From Bdellovibrionales bacterium (GTDB taxonomy: Bacteria; Bdellovibrionota; Bdellovibrionia; Bdellovibrionales; UBA1609): 64,000 nt of DNA. The position numbers and the translations under genes are program-made. Shown in pieces: positions 58,573 to 64,000 of the stretch (within the stretch, counting starts at the first letter, position 1; the number at the start of each line of letters is the position of its first letter). Below the pieces are notes generated by a model, which was given only the letters and a program-made list of their open reading frames with translations, was not told the origin of the DNA and made no database searches. The DNA is taken from NCBI GenBank assembly GCA_020850475.1, contig JADZEO010000113.1:631-64630 (forward strand). The letters are read 5' to 3'.

Positions 58573-59342
58573 CAGCGCTCTGCTCCTTGACTGCTGAGCT
58601 CTTCGACCAGGGCCTGAAGAGGGGCTTTGACCTCGCCCACATGACTTAACAAATTCATGGTTCGAAGCACCAAGGGCGAGCCTCGGCTCACCGAAGCCCA
58701 GTCGGCACCGAGCTCATCGACTCCGCCATAGTCCCGTTGCAAATCCCACTCGGGGGAGCGTTTGCCACAACTCAATGATCCATACTCGTAAACGAGGGTT
58801 TGGTCGTCAATCTCCACCACCGCTCGTTCCACCCGTTGCGTGGCCTGGCCTCGCTCATCCCGTTCCATCCACAAGTACAAATTGGTATCCTTGGGGCCAT
58901 GAAACCAATAATCAAAGGTCATCGCCTCGCTGAAAAACTGCGGATGAATGGGGGTCAATGAGGCGCCCACGAGTTTGTCGACGAGAAACCGGCCAAAGGC
59001 GGAGCGAGTTTCGGGCGTCACCTTGGTCCACCGAACGCCCGTCATTTGTTCGCGCACCCAAATGATTTCGGCATCCACCGGAACCGCCGGTTGGTCACCC
59101 AACTGAATATGGAGATGGTGAATTTCACCCGCCTTTAAAGCCGCTTTTTTGGGCACTCGTAGCGCGGCTCCGGAATAGCTCATATCAAAGACTTCGGTGG
59201 TCGATTCATTGGGCCACAAAATCCGAGCCCCCAAAATCTCCCGCAGACTTCCTTGTTGAAAATCAAAATAAAGGCGCGGGCACTGACGTCGCTCCTGGGG
59301 GGAGAGTTGACTGTCATCGAAACTGGTTTTGGTTTTGGCCAT
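58572..59342 (-). CDS. PilZ-domain protein
   Basis: QERRQCPR (RxxxR) and DMSYSG (DxSxxG), followed by a C-terminal extension. Confidence 0.8.
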   Translation of the reverse strand: MAKTKTSFDDSQLSPQERRQCPRLYFDFQQGSLREILGARILWPNESTTEVFDMSYSGAALRVPKKAALKAGEIHHLHIQLGDQPAVPVDAEIIWVREQMTGVRWTKVTPETRSAFGRFLVDKLVGASLTPIHPQFFSEAMTFDYWFHGPKDTNLYLWMERDERGQATQRVERAVVEIDDQTLVYEYGSLSCGKRSPEWDLQRDYGGVDELGADWASVSRGSPLVLRTMNLLSHVGEVKAPLQALVEELSSQGAER

Positions 59343-59354
59343 GGCCCCTCTGCC

Positions 59355-60203
59355 CTATTGCCCCCCGGGGGCTCCCGGCCCCGGCACCAGCCGTGGCGGA
59401 TTTTGATTCTTTTCCCATAGCGTTTCGATATTGTCGCGCAAAGCTTCGGCAATTTTTTGTAGTACGATCTCCAGCCCAAACTCGACAAAAAACTGCGGAA
59501 TCGGAAGTTTCTCGTAATCGTAAAAGGCTGTCATGGAGATTTCCGCCCCCCGACGCTCAATGTCTTCAAGTCGCACCACTCCCCTCATTCCCTTCATGGT
59601 CCCGCCAATAACATGAAAAAGAATTTGGTGTTGAGTCTGGCCATTAGTGAACGCGATCTGCATCAGCATTCGGGCGTGATACTTAAAGGCTGCGACGTGC
59701 AGAAACAACTGGCTCTTACTCTCTGTGAAAGTGGCTTCTTTGACGTATTCACTTAAATCTTTCAGTCGATGAAACTCGCGCACCCGATCAAAGGCAAACC
59801 GGGCCGAGGCTTTGAGGTTGCCAGCTCCGCTCATCCGCAACCGATTAAGGGGATGGGTGGCGTTTTTTTCCTCCGCCACTACCGAAACCAACACCGCCCG
59901 CCCTTGGGTGAGGCGGTCGACCGCCTTAGGTTTAGTTCTCCACCAAGGAGTTTTTTCGACCCAAACGTTAGGAAATCCTAAGGGTGCAATATCAATCCAT
60001 TCCGGCCCCGGAGGTGGCATGGTCACGACAGAATGCTTTGCGTTAGAGGCCGCTGGGAGGGAACCCGTCGCGGTTTTTGCTGCATCCGCCTGGCTCACAG
60101 AGGAAGGCCCGATCAAAAGGGCGCACCCGGTAGCAAAAATAAATTCCCTGATATGACTCCTCACTTGTCCCTCTTTGGCGGAAACTCTATAAGACTTTAG
60201 CAA
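59355..60203 (-). CDS. Exported START/SRPBCC-like hypothetical protein
   Basis: Signal-like N-terminus and a helix-grip-like C-terminal half (FHVIGGTMKGMRG, LEIVLQKIAEALR). An alternative GTG start is at 60164. Confidence 0.5.
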   Translation of the reverse strand: MLKSYRVSAKEGQVRSHIREFIFATGCALLIGPSSVSQADAAKTATGSLPAASNAKHSVVTMPPPGPEWIDIAPLGFPNVWVEKTPWWRTKPKAVDRLTQGRAVLVSVVAEEKNATHPLNRLRMSGAGNLKASARFAFDRVREFHRLKDLSEYVKEATFTESKSQLFLHVAAFKYHARMLMQIAFTNGQTQHQILFHVIGGTMKGMRGVVRLEDIERRGAEISMTAFYDYEKLPIPQFFVEFGLEIVLQKIAEALRDNIETLWEKNQNPPRLVPGPGAPGGQ

Positions 60204-60224
60204 AACGAGTAAAGGGGCGCATCA

Positions 60225-60788
60225 ATGAATTCCTCGGCGGAATGGAAAAAACAACTGCCCATGGCGGCAACCTATACCCGTATTGGACTCACGCCTTTTA
60301 TCGTTGCCACTTTCTACTTTAAAGCCACCTGGATGGGTTGGGTCGCCGCGGCCTTGTTTATTGTTGCCTCGATTACCGATTGGTTGGATGGATATTGGGC
60401 CCGCAAGTTCGGCGCCGAATCGGTCATGGGTAAGTTTATGGACCCCATAGCCGACAAATTGTTGGTCCTCGGTGCGCTCATTATGCTGCTCGATGTGGGC
60501 CGGGTCGACCCGCTCATGGTGCTGATTTTTCTTTCTCGCGACATTTACATTGGCGGACTGCGCTCGGTGGCGGCCGCCAATAACGTCATCATTGCCGCCA
60601 AACCTTTTGGTAAAGTAAAGACGGCTCTGCAAATGGTGGCAATCCCACTGCTGCTCATCAACACTTCTCCATTCGGCCTTCCCGCCTTAGAAATTGGCTA
60701 CTGGGCCCTCTGGGTCAGCGTCTTCCTAAGTTTGGGATCAGCTGTTCAGTACAGCCTCGGATACTTCAAAGGACGCTCCGCAACTTAG
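60225..60788 (+). CDS. pgsA: CDP-diacylglycerol--glycerol-3-phosphate 3-phosphatidyltransferase
   Basis: ASITDWLDGYWARK...GKFMDPIADKLLV is the CDP-alcohol phosphotransferase motif; also GKVKTALQM. Confidence 0.95.
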   Translation: MNSSAEWKKQLPMAATYTRIGLTPFIVATFYFKATWMGWVAAALFIVASITDWLDGYWARKFGAESVMGKFMDPIADKLLVLGALIMLLDVGRVDPLMVLIFLSRDIYIGGLRSVAAANNVIIAAKPFGKVKTALQMVAIPLLLINTSPFGLPALEIGYWALWVSVFLSLGSAVQYSLGYFKGRSAT

Positions 60789-60813
60789 GACGAAAAAGTC
60801 GTTCAGCAAAATC

Positions 60814-62079
60814 GTGACAAGAGGCCCAATCCCACATAGGATTTTGCCACACATGGATTGGCTCAAAGCAACCTTTTGGGAAATAAAACAATCAAGCGCA
60901 CTCAAGTGGTTCGGGTTTTTGCTCGGGCTTTCGCATTTGCTCACTTTTTTTACTTGGGCCAGTACCGGACACCCACCGCTCGGATATTATGCTGACTCCG
61001 CTCCTCTTTGTTGGAGCTTTTTTGAAGACTGCGCGAGCCTGAGGGTCCTTTCTTTGGGCCAGATGACCCTTGTTTACTATACCTACCCGGTGCTTGCCGC
61101 CATCGCGACCATTATGTTCGTGTCCAACCGACTTTATGGCGTCGGCTGGTTCTTTTTGACCCTGGCATTCTTTTTTAAGTCGCTGCTTTATTTTAACGAC
61201 GCTCGTCTCAGTCACAACGCCCATTACCTCCTCTTTTTGGCTCATGCGGTTTTTTTGTTCGCGCCACAGAAGAAGTCGATCCTCAAGTATTTGCTGGTTT
61301 CGTTTTTTGTCGCTTCCGGAATTCTCAAGCTCAACACCGAATGGATGTCGGGCGTTTGGCTCACTCAGCACACGGGTTTTCATCCCAAGTTTGCTGAATG
61401 GGTGGCGGCCTTAACCGCCCTTGCAGAGTTGATCTTGCCGTGGATGCTGGTCTCGCGAAAATCCCAAAATATCGTCGTGGGCTTTCTCGGACTTCTGGGG
61501 TTATCGATTGGCTATTGGTTTATTTCGGATTCCATTGGTCCGGCCGTTCAAGTGCTCTTTGTGCTATTTTATCCGTTTTATTATTTTGAGCAGCGGCGAA
61601 ATGAAATGGAGTACCTGTACCAGAGCTACATTCGACCCGCAGCCAGCCAGGCCTGGCTTCCGATCGTCATTCTCGCCTTCTGGACTCTGCAGGCCCTACC
61701 GTTTGCCAAACATGTCAACCCGGCCATGGCGAGCGTGAGTCAAAACCTGGCCCTGGAAGGCCATCCCACCCATCAAGATTGTCAGCAAACCACGTTCGCC
61801 ATTTTTGCCAATGAAGTCCGTGAAGTGGATTTGGGCGATCCTAAAGGTCGACCCGAGCGTTTGCAGTGTGATCCGTTTATGCGGTTTTTGGATGTCAAAA
61901 ATTTGTGCCGCAAGCTCGCTGAAGAGTCTGGCTTCCAAAACGTCGCCAGCTCCTTTTCACTTCGCACCCTGAATGACAAGGACTATCGGCGCATTTTTGA
62001 GTCGGACGACTTATGTAACAAGAAAGTGAACTATCGCAATTTGGAGCAAGTGGGATGGAATCGGACAAAAGCCGATTGA
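60814..62079 (+). CDS. HTTM-like / vitamin K-dependent carboxylase-like membrane protein
   Basis: About eight TMs with P.CWSFF.DC, SHNAHY, FFVASGILKLNTEWMSG, and a C-terminal periplasmic CDP..C region. An alternative start is at 60853. Confidence 0.55.
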   Translation: MTRGPIPHRILPHMDWLKATFWEIKQSSALKWFGFLLGLSHLLTFFTWASTGHPPLGYYADSAPLCWSFFEDCASLRVLSLGQMTLVYYTYPVLAAIATIMFVSNRLYGVGWFFLTLAFFFKSLLYFNDARLSHNAHYLLFLAHAVFLFAPQKKSILKYLLVSFFVASGILKLNTEWMSGVWLTQHTGFHPKFAEWVAALTALAELILPWMLVSRKSQNIVVGFLGLLGLSIGYWFISDSIGPAVQVLFVLFYPFYYFEQRRNEMEYLYQSYIRPAASQAWLPIVILAFWTLQALPFAKHVNPAMASVSQNLALEGHPTHQDCQQTTFAIFANEVREVDLGDPKGRPERLQCDPFMRFLDVKNLCRKLAEESGFQNVASSFSLRTLNDKDYRRIFESDDLCNKKVNYRNLEQVGWNRTKAD

Positions 62080-63506
62080 GTTGGCTGAGTAAGCCGCTCT
62101 TCTTTATTTATTTGATGGGTTGTTTGTTCTTTGTATTTAAGAACAATCCCTATCTCTATTCCACCGAAACACTCAAAAGCATGTTTCACAAAAAGCAAAG
62201 CGATGAGATTCATCCGGTCCCTCAAGTCAAAGTTGGTGATCTTAAAGCCGGTGACCTGACGAGCGCTTTTGTTTGGCGGATGAACCAAAATCGCTCGGCG
62301 TTTTACAATCCCGCTACCACTTTTAATTATAAGTACGAAAAAATTTGGTCCCGTCACCTGTTGCTCGACGGAGACGCGATTTTCAAGTCCAGCCTCTGGG
62401 TTTTTGACGAGAGCGGTTACTATTTGTATGGGTCCGGAGCCGCGTTGGCCGCCACGGATACCTCGGGACTGCTCCGCTGGAAACTAAAGTTGAGTGATCC
62501 CAATTCTACCTTTGCGGCGCAGCCGCTGATCACGAAAACCCGAGTCTTTGCCTTAACGACGGATGGCCGGCTGTTCGCGATCGACAAAGACCATGGCCGG
62601 GTCCTCTGGACCGTACGAGCTGGAGTCGGATCACGTGGTTCCCCAGTTCTGGTTGGCCAACGCGTCCTCTTTTTTGCCACTGAGGAAACCGCGGACCTCA
62701 ATAAGGTCAACAAACTCTTTGCTGCGTATGCCGAGACGGGAAACATCGAACGACTCGGAACTGATGATGTCGGCCCGATCACCAATTATCCGCCTACAAT
62801 TAACGAGGAACTCAAAAGCCTTTATGTCGCCAGCGAAGCGGGCAACTTATTCGCTTTTAATTACGAAACCGGAAAACTCCTGTTTAAGACCTCGACTTCG
62901 GATAAAATTCTTTCAGCCGTCGTCCTTGCCGACAAAAAGGCGATCTTCTCCACCATGGACGGGAAGCTCGTTGCCGTCGATGCCAAAACCGGGACGCTCG
63001 CGTGGGAAACTGATCTCGAGTCGCCTTCCGACAGCACTCCCACCTTTATTCCTGATTATAATTACTTGGCCGTCATGACCAACAACGGCTACTTACAGAC
63101 CATCGATATTAAAACGGGGGAACGAAAGTGGAAGTTTCTCACTCACAACTCGTCCTCTCACCACAACACCGTCGCCATTCGCTTGAAGGGTCGCTGGATC
63201 GAAGAACACTCGATGAAGTGGCAGTACAAGGGCTGGGTGATTGTGGCACCTTGTGGTGACAATCGCCTGTGTATTTACAACCCCGAGAGAGGACAAATTG
63301 TCGACCGGATGAGTTTGGAAGGGCGTTTGGCCTCGGAGATCATGATTTCCGGTACTGACTTTGTGGTTTCCATCACGACTAAAGACAAAGACTCGGGCGA
63401 GGAAGTCATGCAGTTGATTTTACTCGGCGAAAAAAGACCGGGGTCGGACAAAACAACCCCGCCACCCAGCAGTGGGGTCCCTCCTGGTACCCCGGGCTCC
63501 TCATAA
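62055..63506 (+). CDS. PQQ-binding-like beta-propeller protein (BamB-like)
   Basis: An N-terminal TM followed by repeated AxDxxTGxxxW units (AIDKDHGRVLW, AVDAKTGTLAW, TIDIKTGERKW). Confidence 0.82.
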   Translation: MESDKSRLSWLSKPLFFIYLMGCLFFVFKNNPYLYSTETLKSMFHKKQSDEIHPVPQVKVGDLKAGDLTSAFVWRMNQNRSAFYNPATTFNYKYEKIWSRHLLLDGDAIFKSSLWVFDESGYYLYGSGAALAATDTSGLLRWKLKLSDPNSTFAAQPLITKTRVFALTTDGRLFAIDKDHGRVLWTVRAGVGSRGSPVLVGQRVLFFATEETADLNKVNKLFAAYAETGNIERLGTDDVGPITNYPPTINEELKSLYVASEAGNLFAFNYETGKLLFKTSTSDKILSAVVLADKKAIFSTMDGKLVAVDAKTGTLAWETDLESPSDSTPTFIPDYNYLAVMTNNGYLQTIDIKTGERKWKFLTHNSSSHHNTVAIRLKGRWIEEHSMKWQYKGWVIVAPCGDNRLCIYNPERGQIVDRMSLEGRLASEIMISGTDFVVSITTKDKDSGEEVMQLILLGEKRPGSDKTTPPPSSGVPPGTPGSS

Positions 63507-63555
63507 AAACGCAGAAAACTCTGCAATCTCGAGCAGTTAATTTTGTTTTAGGTGA

Positions 63556-63586
63556 TTGACAAGCCTCTGGTTGTCCGAGTAAAAAT
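63556..63586 (+). promoter_or_regulatory. Possible sigma70 promoter of tRNA-Gly
   Basis: A perfect -35 TTGACA at 63556-63561 and an imperfect -10 (TAAAAAT, 63580-63586), 20 nt before the tRNA. Confidence 0.45.
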
Positions 63587-63605
63587 GAGCTTCTCTTGTC
63601 TAAAC

Positions 63606-63681
63606 GCGGGAATAGCTCAGTTGATAGAGCGTCGCCTTGCCAAGGCGAAGGTCGCGGGTTTGAGTCCCGTTTCCCGCTCCA
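63606..63681 (+). tRNA. tRNA-Gly (anticodon GCC)
   Basis: 76-nt cloverleaf: acceptor GCGGGAA/TTCCCGC, anticodon stem TCGCC/GGCGA, GCC at positions 34-36, U73 discriminator and encoded CCA. Confidence 0.97.
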
Positions 63682-63841
63682 ATTCACAAGTCGATGAAGT
63701 AGCGAAAACGTAAAAAACCAAGAAGTCTTAAATACCTAAAAACACTGAAGGTCCATTTTAGATTCTTGAACCCATGCCCCCCTGAGCCCCCTTGGGAATC
63801 CCTGGTTCCCTGCCATTACCCTGCCACCGCAGTTTTCTTCC

Positions 63842-63890
63842 GGAAAAATTTCCCAAAGTTCAAATTTTTTGAATCTCGGGAAAAATTTCC
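63842..63890. promoter_or_regulatory. Palindromic operator-like array
   Basis: GGAAAAATTTCC at 63842-63853 and 63879-63890 flank the inverted repeat TTCAAA-ttt-TTTGAA, about 50 nt upstream of an HTH gene. Confidence 0.5.
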
Positions 63891-63937
63891 TCCGCTTCAA
63901 ATTTCAAAGCCTAAACGCAGAGAAAGAGAGGCGAATT

Positions 63938-64000
63938 ATGGAGAGGCTGAAACACCCGGGACTTGTCCTTCGGCACTTGCGAAAGACACAAGGACTATCC
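63938..64000 (+). CDS. XRE/HigA-like HTH protein, 3'-truncated by the window edge
   Basis: GAGG RBS, then MERLKHPGLVLRHLRKTQGLS. HPG..L..LR...GLS is the usual start of XRE/HigA HTH domains. Only 21 codons are visible. Confidence 0.55.
   Translation, partial: MERLKHPGLVLRHLRKTQGLS

Overview
A 64-kb chromosomal window from a bacterium that is most likely a predatory Bdellovibrionota. This is inferred from the gene content: an Agl-Glt gliding/TonB-Exb cluster, a TIGR02147-type HTH regulator, GNGGD-motif secreted proteins and a PilZ protein. Blocks in order: (1) 1-9890, an ExbB/ExbD + TPR + AgmX/PglI + beta-barrel + GltC-like + vWA-lipoprotein gliding-type operon. (2) 10-13 kb, a HAMP-GAF-GGDEF cyclase and small secreted proteins. 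(3) 13.4-40.1 kb, a nitrite-to-N2O respiratory supercluster. It has cd1 nitrite reductase (NirS, with an extra fused cytochrome c) and a near-complete heme d1 pathway (NirE, SirC-like, NirD-L-G triple fusion, NirH, NirJ, NirC, NirF, NirN). It also has an FNT channel and two different CuA-containing heme-copper enzymes that both lack the cross-linked tyrosine (eNOR-type HSSQQ and sNOR-type HVLVN), each with its own SCO chaperone, plus a Rieske-less cytochrome b/ferredoxin/MvhD-like fusion. (4) 42.8-54.4 kb, an uncharacterised four-gene envelope operon: a metzincin lipoprotein, two ~1150-aa paralogous lipoproteins and a beta-barrel. (5) 54.8-64 kb, Hsp20, a B12 radical SAM enzyme, a glpX operon, pgsA with an HTTM-like and a beta-propeller gene, a tRNA-Gly(GCC) with a compensated A19-U56 tertiary pair, and the start of an XRE/HigA-like gene behind a palindromic operator. 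No CRISPR array, rRNA, transposase, integrase, norCB or nosZ was seen. All family assignments come from reading motifs by eye; no database search was run.
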